Virus record (IMG/VR): IMGVR_UViG_3300020440_000012
Span: 1-64,000 of that record
Reading direction: 5' to 3' (one strand)
DNA: 64,000 nt
DNA from: a virus
Taxonomy: Duplodnaviria; Caudoviricetes
Translations under genes and position numbers: made by a program
Shown here: in pieces, positions 48,167 through 57,037 of the stretch
How positions within the stretch are numbered: the stretch's first letter is position 1
Layout: each line of letters opens with the position of its first letter
Notes under the pieces: model-generated
Told to the model about the DNA's origin: nothing
The model's database searches: none
What the model saw: only the letters and a program-made list of their open reading frames with translations

Positions 48167-49147
48167 ATGCCAACAATCTTTGAAGAGCAAATATCTCGCA
48201 AACCAGACCGTTATCCATGGACCGAACAATTTATCGAATCCATGCACAACGGATTTTGGACCGATAAAGAATTTAACTTTCAGTCTGATGTACAAGACTT
48301 CAAGGTAACACTTAACGAACGAGAAAAAGAAATGGTCGTTAGATGTCTTTCAGCCATCGGTCAAATTGAAGTAGCAGTTAAAACATTTTGGGCAAAATTA
48401 GGTGAAAATCTTCCACATCCAAGTTTAACCGATCTTGGTTATGTAATGGCTAATGTTGAAGTAATTCACAACAACGCATATGAGAGATTAATCGAAGTAC
48501 TAGAAATGGAAGATGTATTCGAGAAGAATCTAGAATTGGATATAATTCAGAATCGTGTAAAATATTTAAGAAAATATAATCACAAATACTACAAAGACTC
48601 TAAAAAACAATATGTATATTCTTTGATTTTATTCACACTTTATGTGGAAAATGTTTCCTTATTTTCTCAATTTTATACCATCAACTACTTCAACAGATTT
48701 AAAAATGTTCTAAAAGATACTGCACAACAAGTAGCTTACACTTCCAAGGAAGAACTCATTCATGCTATGGTCGGTATCAAACTAGTAAATGTAATCCGTG
48801 AAGAGCATCCAGAATTATTTGATGAAGAACTGGAATCACTAATACGAAAGCAATGTGTAAAGGCATATGAAGCTGAATCTAAAATTATTGACTGGTCGGT
48901 TAATGGATACAAATCAGAACATTTAAGTTCACCTATTATGAAAAACTTCATAAAGAGTAGACTTAATGAAAGTCTAAAGCAAATAGGCTTTAAACCAGCC
49001 TTTGATGATATTGACAGTAAACTACTGGAGAAAACAACATGGTTTGAAGAAGATGTACTTGGTAATACAGCAACCGACTTTTTCTTCAAACGTCCTACAG
49101 AATATTCAAAAAATGATAAATCTTATGACGAAGATGATTTATTCTAG
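48167..49147 (+). CDS. nrdB: Ribonucleotide reductase class I beta subunit
   Basis: EVIHNNAY, ENVSLFSQF, EELIH, DFFFKRPTEY; ATG 48167 with AAGGA SD. Confidence 0.93.
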   Translation: MPTIFEEQISRKPDRYPWTEQFIESMHNGFWTDKEFNFQSDVQDFKVTLNEREKEMVVRCLSAIGQIEVAVKTFWAKLGENLPHPSLTDLGYVMANVEVIHNNAYERLIEVLEMEDVFEKNLELDIIQNRVKYLRKYNHKYYKDSKKQYVYSLILFTLYVENVSLFSQFYTINYFNRFKNVLKDTAQQVAYTSKEELIHAMVGIKLVNVIREEHPELFDEELESLIRKQCVKAYEAESKIIDWSVNGYKSEHLSSPIMKNFIKSRLNESLKQIGFKPAFDDIDSKLLEKTTWFEEDVLGNTATDFFFKRPTEYSKNDKSYDEDDLF

Positions 49148-49159
49148 TATAATATAGTT

Positions 49160-50809
49160 ATGAATGAAAAATATTATTGGTTAAATAACGATAGTCGTTT
49201 ATTTTTAGAGCGAGGCTATCTCGAAGAAGGTGAAACACCTGAGAAAAGAATCAGGCAAATTTCCCTTCATGCGGAGAAGATTCTAAAAAAAGAAGGCTTT
49301 GCAAAGAAGTTCGAAGAGTACATGGCAAATGGCTGGTACTCACTAGCTTCACCCATCTGGGCAAACTATGCTAAAAATAGAGGACTACCAATATCATGCT
49401 TTGGTTCATATATTGACGATACAATGGAAGAAATTTTATATACTGTATCAGAAGTTGGCATGATGTCTAAAATGGGTGGCGGTACATCAGCTTACTTCGG
49501 TCATCTACGCTCAAGAGGTTCCGAAATCAGATCAGGTGGTAACTCCTCAGGTCCTGTTCATTTCATGGAACTATTTGAGACAGTAACAAATGTTGTGTCT
49601 CAATCAAATGTAAGGCGTGGTTCTTTTGCCGGCTACCTAAATATTGAACATGAAAACATAGATGAATTTTTATCCATCAGAAACGAAGGACACCCTATTC
49701 AGAATCTATCATTTGGTGTTACGGTGAGTGACAAGTGGATGAGGGAAATGATTGATGGTGACAAAGACAAACGTAAGATATGGGGAAAGATTATTAAGAA
49801 AAGATTTGAGTCTGGTTATCCATATATTATGTTTAGCGATACGATGAATAAAAATAAACCAAAGGTTTATAAAGACAAAAATAAAACTATATGGGGATCA
49901 AATCTTTGTTCAGAGATTGCATTATCAACAGAAGTGGGTGAATCATTTGTGTGTTGTCTATCCTCTATGAATTTATTACATTATGATGAGTGGAAAGACA
50001 CAGATGCAGTTGAGGTGTTAACATATTTCTTAGACTCCGTAATGACTGATTTTATTGAAAAAGCGAAACAAATTCCTTTCATGAAAAGAACAGTCAACTT
50101 TGCTGAAAATCAAAGAGCGATTGGTATTGGTGTTTTAGGTTGGCATTCGTATCTACAATCTAAGATGATAGCCTTTGAATCACTTGAAGCAAACGGATTG
50201 AATGTTCAAATACATAAACTAATACAAGAGAAGTCACATGAAGCTTCTAAAGAAATGGCCAAAGAGTATGGTGAACCTCCACTGTTAGAAGGTTATGGTA
50301 TGAGAAACACAACTACAATGGCTATTGCACCTACAACATCAAGTTCATTTATTCTTGGACAAGTATCACCAAGTGTTGAACCATTAAATAGTAACTACTT
50401 TGTTAAGGATCTAGCAAAAGGTAAGTTCACATATAAGAATCCTTATCTAAAAGCATTACTCAAGAAACATGGTAACGACAATAAAGACGTATGGAAATCT
50501 ATTCTTGTAACCGGTGGTAGCGTTCAACACTTAATGTTCTTATCAGATGAAGAAAAAGCAGTATTTAAAACATTCGGTGAAATATCACAACATGATATTT
50601 TAATTCAAGCATCATCAAGACAAAAATATATTGACCAGTCACAAAGCTTAAATTTAATGATACATCCTGCCACACCCGCTAAAGATGTTAATAAATTATT
50701 AATTAGTGCTTGGGAAATGGGTATTAAAACACTATATTACCATCGTGGTACAAATCCAGCACAAGAATTAAGCAGAGATTTGATGAGTTGTTCTAACTGT
50801 GAAGGGTAG
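49160..50809 (+). CDS. nrdA: Ribonucleotide reductase class I alpha subunit (short, no ATP cone)
   Basis: PISCF, GGGTS, RRGS, SNLCSE, APTTSSS, DQSQSLN, KTLYY. Confidence 0.95.
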   Translation: MNEKYYWLNNDSRLFLERGYLEEGETPEKRIRQISLHAEKILKKEGFAKKFEEYMANGWYSLASPIWANYAKNRGLPISCFGSYIDDTMEEILYTVSEVGMMSKMGGGTSAYFGHLRSRGSEIRSGGNSSGPVHFMELFETVTNVVSQSNVRRGSFAGYLNIEHENIDEFLSIRNEGHPIQNLSFGVTVSDKWMREMIDGDKDKRKIWGKIIKKRFESGYPYIMFSDTMNKNKPKVYKDKNKTIWGSNLCSEIALSTEVGESFVCCLSSMNLLHYDEWKDTDAVEVLTYFLDSVMTDFIEKAKQIPFMKRTVNFAENQRAIGIGVLGWHSYLQSKMIAFESLEANGLNVQIHKLIQEKSHEASKEMAKEYGEPPLLEGYGMRNTTTMAIAPTTSSSFILGQVSPSVEPLNSNYFVKDLAKGKFTYKNPYLKALLKKHGNDNKDVWKSILVTGGSVQHLMFLSDEEKAVFKTFGEISQHDILIQASSRQKYIDQSQSLNLMIHPATPAKDVNKLLISAWEMGIKTLYYHRGTNPAQELSRDLMSCSNCEG

Positions 50810-51686
50810 AATAAAAATTCTTAAAATCAACAGATTCTTTCACACTCATGATCTTTCTATTAGTCATTAGTTCAAAGAATGTTTTTGATTCTATGTTGTC
50901 AAGTTTATTAAAATCTGCTTTTATATCTCCCCAAACAGGTCTGTAGTAAAATACTTTATTACCCGGTATTGATAATATTTGACCTGTAGTTACCATTATA
51001 CTTTTACCATGAGTATCTGAAGTTCTAAAAGGATTCATTTGAGGGTTTTTATTATCTGTATTACCTAATATTCTTAATAAATCTTCCGGCTCTTTAACAG
51101 TTTTCATTAGTTTGTATGTAACATCATATCTTGACTCAGATGATTTTCTACTCAATATCATTCTTTCATCATCGGATACAATAGGATATCCAGCATTCTT
51201 AAAGTGTATACCATGATTAGTCCTCACATAATCTTTACTCTTTTTTAACTCAGTTAGATTATATTCATAATCTTTGTCAACATCAATGTAAGAAGGTGCC
51301 TCGATTAATACAGCCTTATCTTTTGAAAAAACTAAAGAAAATCCTTCCATCTCACTATCAATTAATGATTTAACAGCTTTATCAACACTTTTTTCTAACA
51401 GTGCCTTTCTTATGTTTTTTCCACCAGGACTATAAAACACATCACCTGGCTCTCTTAATTTAGCTTCCTTTTCATCTTTTTTTACCTTGAGAGTCGTATT
51501 AAGAATAGCAATACCATATTCATTAACACCTTCAGTCCATTTAGTCTCTTCATCCCAGAACATACAACGCTCGGTTCCCATACGAAATGACTTCTTGATA
51601 TGAATAGTTGGCTTGTAACTTCTGTCCCTATTTTTTGCGGCCACCCATCCTAAATCATTAAAGTATTTAACTGCTAATACACACAT
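50793..51686 (-). CDS. Ntn-hydrolase (C45/NRDE-like)
   Basis: Cys2 after Met, AKNRDR, EGVNEYGIAILNT, VRTNHG. Confidence 0.7.
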   Translation of the reverse strand: MCVLAVKYFNDLGWVAAKNRDRSYKPTIHIKKSFRMGTERCMFWDEETKWTEGVNEYGIAILNTTLKVKKDEKEAKLREPGDVFYSPGGKNIRKALLEKSVDKAVKSLIDSEMEGFSLVFSKDKAVLIEAPSYIDVDKDYEYNLTELKKSKDYVRTNHGIHFKNAGYPIVSDDERMILSRKSSESRYDVTYKLMKTVKEPEDLLRILGNTDNKNPQMNPFRTSDTHGKSIMVTTGQILSIPGNKVFYYRPVWGDIKADFNKLDNIESKTFFELMTNRKIMSVKESVDFKNFYSTLHS

Positions 51687-51728
51687 TTATTAGATTCCCC
51701 TTGTAAATAGTATCGAGGTGTATTTACA

Positions 51729-52862
51729 ATGGCAGACGACAAGAAAAAGCAAATCAATCTAGAAAAAGCAACTAGAATCATAGAAGAGACTTGTGATCCT
51801 GAAATCATCGAGGATGATGATTTACTCACCGAAGACGAAAAGTATATAAGAGAGTCTGCATGGCTATTATTACAAGAGCTAGAAGGTGGAGGAGATGACG
51901 AGGATGAGGATGAAGAAGAGGATGAAGATTCTGAAGAAAGTTCAGACGATTCCTCCGATACGTCATCAACTACAACCGAATCAGGCTCAGAAACATCTAC
52001 CATATCAGATATAGTTGCTGAACAGGGTGTATCAACTGTAGGCACAGTACTAGCACAACTACAAAGCCTAGGTGCGGCCGGAATCATAGCAATGTCATCT
52101 GCACTATATTTTCAAGGAACAGCAGTTGTAGACAATGCAGTACCACTTTATGATGATATAAACTTTCAAGTTGAAAATATAATGGAACAAGAAGCTATGA
52201 ATATGGCTATGAATATGGCTGTTGATCAACAAATACAACAAATGTCAGAACAGCCTGTAGTCGCATCTGAAGTTGATGAGTCTGAAGAAGAAGAAAAACC
52301 TAAGAAGAAAAGTTTTTTGAAAAAACTCTTTGGTGATGATGACGAAGAGGAAGAAGACGAAGATGCTGAAGACGATGAGGAAGAAGATACAGAGGATGAA
52401 TCTGAAGAGGGAGAAAAAGAAGAGAAGCCCAAAAAGAAAGGCTTTTTAAAGAAACTATTTAGTGGTGAAGAACAAGAAGAGGAAGAAGATACAGAGGAAG
52501 AATCTGAAGAATTTACCGAGACTAAAGAGATAAAAGAAGAAAAATCAGTCAAAAAGGAAGATTCCGAAACAGACCGTTCACCTAGTACAGAACTTAAAGG
52601 TCAAGATTTAGATGAAGTATCCGAGTTGGTAACAGATGAGTCTTTAGAAGAGGCGGGTGTATCAAGAGATGAGTTCAACAAGGCACTACTCAGTTTTATT
52701 AAACAAGGAAATGAAAATCCTTTTCAGGAACCAGAAATTATGCGAGAGACTACAACAATCAATGAACAAATAGAACAAATAGAACAAATTGATTTGAGAG
52801 ATACATTTGGACCAGGTTCACCTGGACATATCTACGAAGAAAGCGAGGCGACACCGATATGA
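51729..52862 (+). CDS. Very acidic single-TM protein with two amphipathic KKxFLKKLF motifs
   Basis: Hydrophobic VGTVLAQLQSLGAAGIIAMSSALYF; D/E-rich tracts; GAGGTG SD. Confidence 0.6.
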   Translation: MADDKKKQINLEKATRIIEETCDPEIIEDDDLLTEDEKYIRESAWLLLQELEGGGDDEDEDEEEDEDSEESSDDSSDTSSTTTESGSETSTISDIVAEQGVSTVGTVLAQLQSLGAAGIIAMSSALYFQGTAVVDNAVPLYDDINFQVENIMEQEAMNMAMNMAVDQQIQQMSEQPVVASEVDESEEEEKPKKKSFLKKLFGDDDEEEEDEDAEDDEEEDTEDESEEGEKEEKPKKKGFLKKLFSGEEQEEEEDTEEESEEFTETKEIKEEKSVKKEDSETDRSPSTELKGQDLDEVSELVTDESLEEAGVSRDEFNKALLSFIKQGNENPFQEPEIMRETTTINEQIEQIEQIDLRDTFGPGSPGHIYEESEATPI

Positions 52863-53050
52863 TTAAAGCACTTTTGGAATTAGATTGGAGTTCACTTGAC
52901 CAAGGCCAGCTAATAAACTTTGGAGTTGCTTTATTGGGTATTGGTGCAACTCTTACAATGCTTATACCACCCGACTCTAGACTAGGTAAAATTATAGCGG
53001 CCATAAATGAATCTTTATCTTTTTGGAAAAAACTTAAAGGTAAAAAATAA
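52859..53050 (+). CDS. Small membrane protein
   Basis: 63 aa; hydrophobic core, basic C-terminus. Confidence 0.55.
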   Translation: MIKALLELDWSSLDQGQLINFGVALLGIGATLTMLIPPDSRLGKIIAAINESLSFWKKLKGKK

Positions 53051-53070
53051 ATTAAAAACAGGAGAAAAAA

Positions 53071-53760
53071 ATGAAAAAATTACTTATTACTCTACTTATC
53101 ACAGCAACTTCTGCTCATGGTGCCATTATACTTAATGATGCATCATTTAATTCACAATCGCAACAATGGGTTTATGACATAACTGCTTCTTTTGAAGATG
53201 ATAAATTTGTTGAAGGTTGGCCAAACCCTGAGTATACTTCGTACTATGAAACATTTACTATTTCATCTACAGAAGGCGGAGATTATATATTTGATAATTA
53301 TGGCAGTAATCTTTCAAAAGATGGTAATCCAATTTATGATACTCAGCTTTTAATATATGAGACAATGCCAACAAATATATTATTTCACGCACCTTGGGCG
53401 TTTCTTAATAAGGAGGGTGATGGTTTTGGGCCAGGCACCGATAAAACTCTTGATGACTTAAATTCAACACGAGAATTGCTAGTAGATATTAACGGAAATC
53501 CTATTGAGCCAATTATTGATGTATCACCTACCGGATTCCAAACTGGTGCCTTTTACGGAACAATCACTCTTGAGGCAGATACAGAATATATAGTAGCTAT
53601 TTCATCTTTTGAAGGTGGATATGGTTCGGTTGATTTTATGGCAATGGGTGATAGTCAACTAAATATTAATAATACTATACCAGAGCCTGCTACGGTTGGT
53701 CTTCTTGGTGTTGGTGCTATGGCTCTTTCTATCGTCAGAAGAAGATCAAACCAGACCTAA
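53071..53760 (+). CDS. PEP-CTERM exosortase-sorted surface protein
   Basis: Signal peptide MKKLLITLLITATSAHG; C-terminal IPEPATVGLLGVGAMALSIVRRR. Confidence 0.88.
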   Translation: MKKLLITLLITATSAHGAIILNDASFNSQSQQWVYDITASFEDDKFVEGWPNPEYTSYYETFTISSTEGGDYIFDNYGSNLSKDGNPIYDTQLLIYETMPTNILFHAPWAFLNKEGDGFGPGTDKTLDDLNSTRELLVDINGNPIEPIIDVSPTGFQTGAFYGTITLEADTEYIVAISSFEGGYGSVDFMAMGDSQLNINNTIPEPATVGLLGVGAMALSIVRRRSNQT

Positions 53761-53863
53761 ATATAAAACGAATAATAATCAGTAACAAAGATAGTTATGG
53801 TTGATACAAAATCCTTCTAAGGAAAGTAAATACCATAACTATCTTACTTACTAGGAGTTAATT

Positions 53864-55120
53864 ATGAGCGAATTTAAAAACGAGTTTAGAAAACTACAAG
53901 AAGCCTACTTCGTTGGAATGGAAGAACTAGATGTTGGACAAGCACTTAACCCAAAAACAATAAAACTTCCAGAGGGTTTCATTCAATTACCCAGTATAAG
54001 TTACGCAATAGATCCTGAATCTAACCCTATGTGTGTTTATAGAATGTCAAGAACAACAGAACCATACATTGATCTAGGAAGCAAAACACCTATTGTTGAC
54101 TTCTTCCTAAAAGAATATCCTTCAAACTCACTATACGCCTTAGCAAGCTCCGATGATTCTAAAAAGATAGATGAATATTTAGATTTAGCAATGGCTACAG
54201 GTTCTGGTGAAGCAGAGGAAGTTTCAGAGGACTTACTTCAAAAACCAGAAGAAAACAATGTTTCAGACGTAACAGTTGAGCCTGTTAAAACAGTTGCAGA
54301 AGAAGATGAAGAGTTAATTAATGACGAAACGGAACTTGATGAAAGTAAGATGAAAGAGCTTCATGGTTATATTGATGACGGTCTTTCAGCAGATCAGATA
54401 GCAAAGAAAATGAAGCTAGATGTTAAAACAATCAAAGCACTTATGAAAGAAGCTAAACTTGAAGAAGCATCTTTGAACAAAACGGAAAAACTGCCTTTGA
54501 CACCCGCCGAGAAAAAAATTATCGGTAATACGGGAGTTTATAAAGAGAAATATAAACTCGACCGAACACAGTCAATGTACAGAGCGTCAAAAACAGCATT
54601 CTCAATGCCTTTTACTGGAAAAGAAGACTTGACAAAACTCAAAAAACTCGTTAGAGGAATTAAAGAATCAACTGAACTAGAAGAAGCTAATACTGATAAG
54701 TACATGTGGAAAGACATCAATAAAGCATTGATGGCCGCTGGTGTTAATCCTCGGACAATTATGAAAGTGACTGCCGCCTTAAGAGGTAAAGCAATCAAAG
54801 AAGTCAACGAAGCAAAAGGTGGTAAAAGAATTGCTAATAAGAAAATGAAAATTAAAAATGTTAGCGATCTAAAACATTATATTGTTAGAAACTACTCAAT
54901 CACAGGTAAAGACAAAAAAGATCCTGATGAGCTGAGAACCTCTGATGAGATAATGCAAGCACCATCTTGGAACGATGTAAAAGATATTCTTAAAAAGAAT
55001 ATGTTTGATAAGAAAGAAATGGACAATCTATATAATGATCTAATCAACTATCAGCTTGAAAATGCTAAACAGTTTTTAGGTGTTGAAGAATACGAAATGA
55101 AAGACGAAGACAATGACTAA
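53864..55120 (+). CDS. Modular internal-protein-like polyprotein
   Basis: Modules separated by LDE/LEE/LEE/VNE; one HTH-like module; GTAAATA upstream. Confidence 0.55.
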   Translation: MSEFKNEFRKLQEAYFVGMEELDVGQALNPKTIKLPEGFIQLPSISYAIDPESNPMCVYRMSRTTEPYIDLGSKTPIVDFFLKEYPSNSLYALASSDDSKKIDEYLDLAMATGSGEAEEVSEDLLQKPEENNVSDVTVEPVKTVAEEDEELINDETELDESKMKELHGYIDDGLSADQIAKKMKLDVKTIKALMKEAKLEEASLNKTEKLPLTPAEKKIIGNTGVYKEKYKLDRTQSMYRASKTAFSMPFTGKEDLTKLKKLVRGIKESTELEEANTDKYMWKDINKALMAAGVNPRTIMKVTAALRGKAIKEVNEAKGGKRIANKKMKIKNVSDLKHYIVRNYSITGKDKKDPDELRTSDEIMQAPSWNDVKDILKKNMFDKKEMDNLYNDLINYQLENAKQFLGVEEYEMKDEDND

Positions 55121-55691
55121 CAAATATAAATATTCTGTAAAATATTCATCGATTGAAGAAGCTGTAGGTGAAGTTTTAAATTTTAAAGAAGATGGTCATC
55201 AGGACATTGCCTCTGTTAAAACACAAATTGAAATAGCAATGTCAGCTTTAACAAAAATGGGTGTTGCTATTGACGAACTTCCAGAAGAAGCAGATTTACC
55301 AACTTGGTGGACTAACAAAGTTGCAATCGCTGTGAGTAAGTTAGACGGAATGGCAGACTATATCGATGCTAAGAATCAAGTATCAGTTATGGATGATGAG
55401 AATGATGTAACAGACTTAGATGAAAATGCTTCTATGTCATCTATCAATGATTTAATTCAAGATATTAAAAGTAAAACTATTGTGTACGCAGATGTCTCAC
55501 AAGGCTCAAATAAAGGACATAAGTTTTATTTAAAAGGTGTACCTGAAATAAGCAGAGGTGATATATTAATCAGAATGGATTCAGATAAAAGTCAATTCAT
55601 TCATATCAAGATAAACGAAATTCAAGATATTAGAACAACCAAAAGCATTGCAGGAAAAAACAAAGCAGTATCTATAACTTTAAAGAAATAA
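55113..55691 (+). CDS. Two-module hypothetical protein
   Basis: DLPTWWTNKVAIAVSKLDGMADYI module, then LDE|NAS. Confidence 0.5.
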   Translation: MTNKYKYSVKYSSIEEAVGEVLNFKEDGHQDIASVKTQIEIAMSALTKMGVAIDELPEEADLPTWWTNKVAIAVSKLDGMADYIDAKNQVSVMDDENDVTDLDENASMSSINDLIQDIKSKTIVYADVSQGSNKGHKFYLKGVPEISRGDILIRMDSDKSQFIHIKINEIQDIRTTKSIAGKNKAVSITLKK

Positions 55692-55700
55692 GGAAAACAA

Positions 55701-56537
55701 ATGTCTGACTTTAGAAAAATTCAAGAAGCTTACAATTCCATTCAAGAAGAAGTCATCGATGAAATATTAGTAGGTGGTAAAAAATTAACCTCCAAAGAAA
55801 TTGTTAAGAAGATCAAGAAAAACAGAAGCAAGCTACCCACACTAAAAGATTTTGAACCAATATTTGCAAAATTTTCACCCAGTGAATTACACAGTCGTGA
55901 TGATTTAGAAGGTATGTTACCTGACTATGTAAATAGTGCAGAGATAGGTGCCTTATATACTGAAGGTGAAGAAATCACCGAAGTCGTCATAGGAAAAAAG
56001 TATAAATTAACTGACGAAACTATAAAACATAAGGGTAAAACTTTATACAGAATCGAAGCTGTTAGTAATATTGGTAAGCTTGTAAAAGCCGGAACCAAAG
56101 GCGGTTTCATTGAATCAGAAAAGAACCTATCTCAAAGAGGTAATTGTTTTGTTCACGACAATGCAAAAGTTTATGGTAAAGCCCAAGTTGCTGACAATGC
56201 ACAGGTTTTTGGCGAATCCGAAATTTATGATAATGCTAAAGTTTACGGCAATTCTTTAGTTGATAAAAACGTAAAGATTTACGGCAACTCTCAGGTTTAT
56301 GGCAAAGCAACAGTTGTTGATGATGCTGAGGTTTTCGATAAAGCTAAAATTTACGATAACAGTAGGGTTGGTGAATCTGCAAAGATTTATGGTAATGCGA
56401 AGATTTATGGTAACTCACATATTTACAACAGTGCAAGTATTTATGGTAATGCTGAGGTTTATGGGGCCGCAAAGGTTTCGGGCAGAATGAAAGTTTCTGG
56501 CAATACTAAATATTCTGGTGTACAAGATATTTTCTAA
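55701..56537 (+). CDS. Internal-protein-like fusion with C-terminal left-handed beta-helix (LpxA-like) repeats
   Basis: KYKLTDET...LYRIEA...GGFIESEKNLSQ then NAKVYG-type hexapeptide repeats. Confidence 0.7.
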   Translation: MSDFRKIQEAYNSIQEEVIDEILVGGKKLTSKEIVKKIKKNRSKLPTLKDFEPIFAKFSPSELHSRDDLEGMLPDYVNSAEIGALYTEGEEITEVVIGKKYKLTDETIKHKGKTLYRIEAVSNIGKLVKAGTKGGFIESEKNLSQRGNCFVHDNAKVYGKAQVADNAQVFGESEIYDNAKVYGNSLVDKNVKIYGNSQVYGKATVVDDAEVFDKAKIYDNSRVGESAKIYGNAKIYGNSHIYNSASIYGNAEVYGAAKVSGRMKVSGNTKYSGVQDIF

Positions 56538-56672
56538 TTAGTAGGTAAAGAAATGTTGTTCGTAAAAAACTAGGTATACAAACTCTACAGGAATAAGTAT
56601 ATTTTAATATATAAATAAACAAGTTGATAAGTATAATAGAACATAAGTTTAGTATAGTTAAAAGGAGTTTAC

Positions 56673-57029
56673 ATGTTCTTGGATAAAGAGTCGTTAAATA
56701 AACTATTAGTAAGTAAGTATTCAATCGTTGTCGTAGGTAAACTACAAGACACCGACAGAAAAGTAATCAAACACCTCCTAAATCTTTATAGTGATACAAA
56801 GAATTATGTAGGTGAATCTAATATCGATGGATATTTCTTCAAAGACATGTCAAAAGGACTCAGAAGCCTATATGATGTAGAAGATAATACATGTATTATG
56901 TTTTTTAAAAATGGGTTTCTTGAACACAAGAGACAAGGTAGTCAAGTATTATTTGGTAATCTAAAAAACTTAAATAATATAATTAAAGGCTTTTTAGAAA
57001 TTAGATTACCAAAGTATGAGAGAATTTAA
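56673..57029 (+). CDS. Thioredoxin-fold-like protein without CxxC
   Basis: Ends TCIMFFKNG...RQGSQ; size and pattern only. Confidence 0.4.
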   Translation: MFLDKESLNKLLVSKYSIVVVGKLQDTDRKVIKHLLNLYSDTKNYVGESNIDGYFFKDMSKGLRSLYDVEDNTCIMFFKNGFLEHKRQGSQVLFGNLKNLNNIIKGFLEIRLPKYERI

Positions 57030-57037
57030 GGAGAACT

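Noticed and set aside
56150-56520. Periodic ggtaatgc/ggcaa pattern
   Set aside because: Explained by the hexapeptide repeat protein
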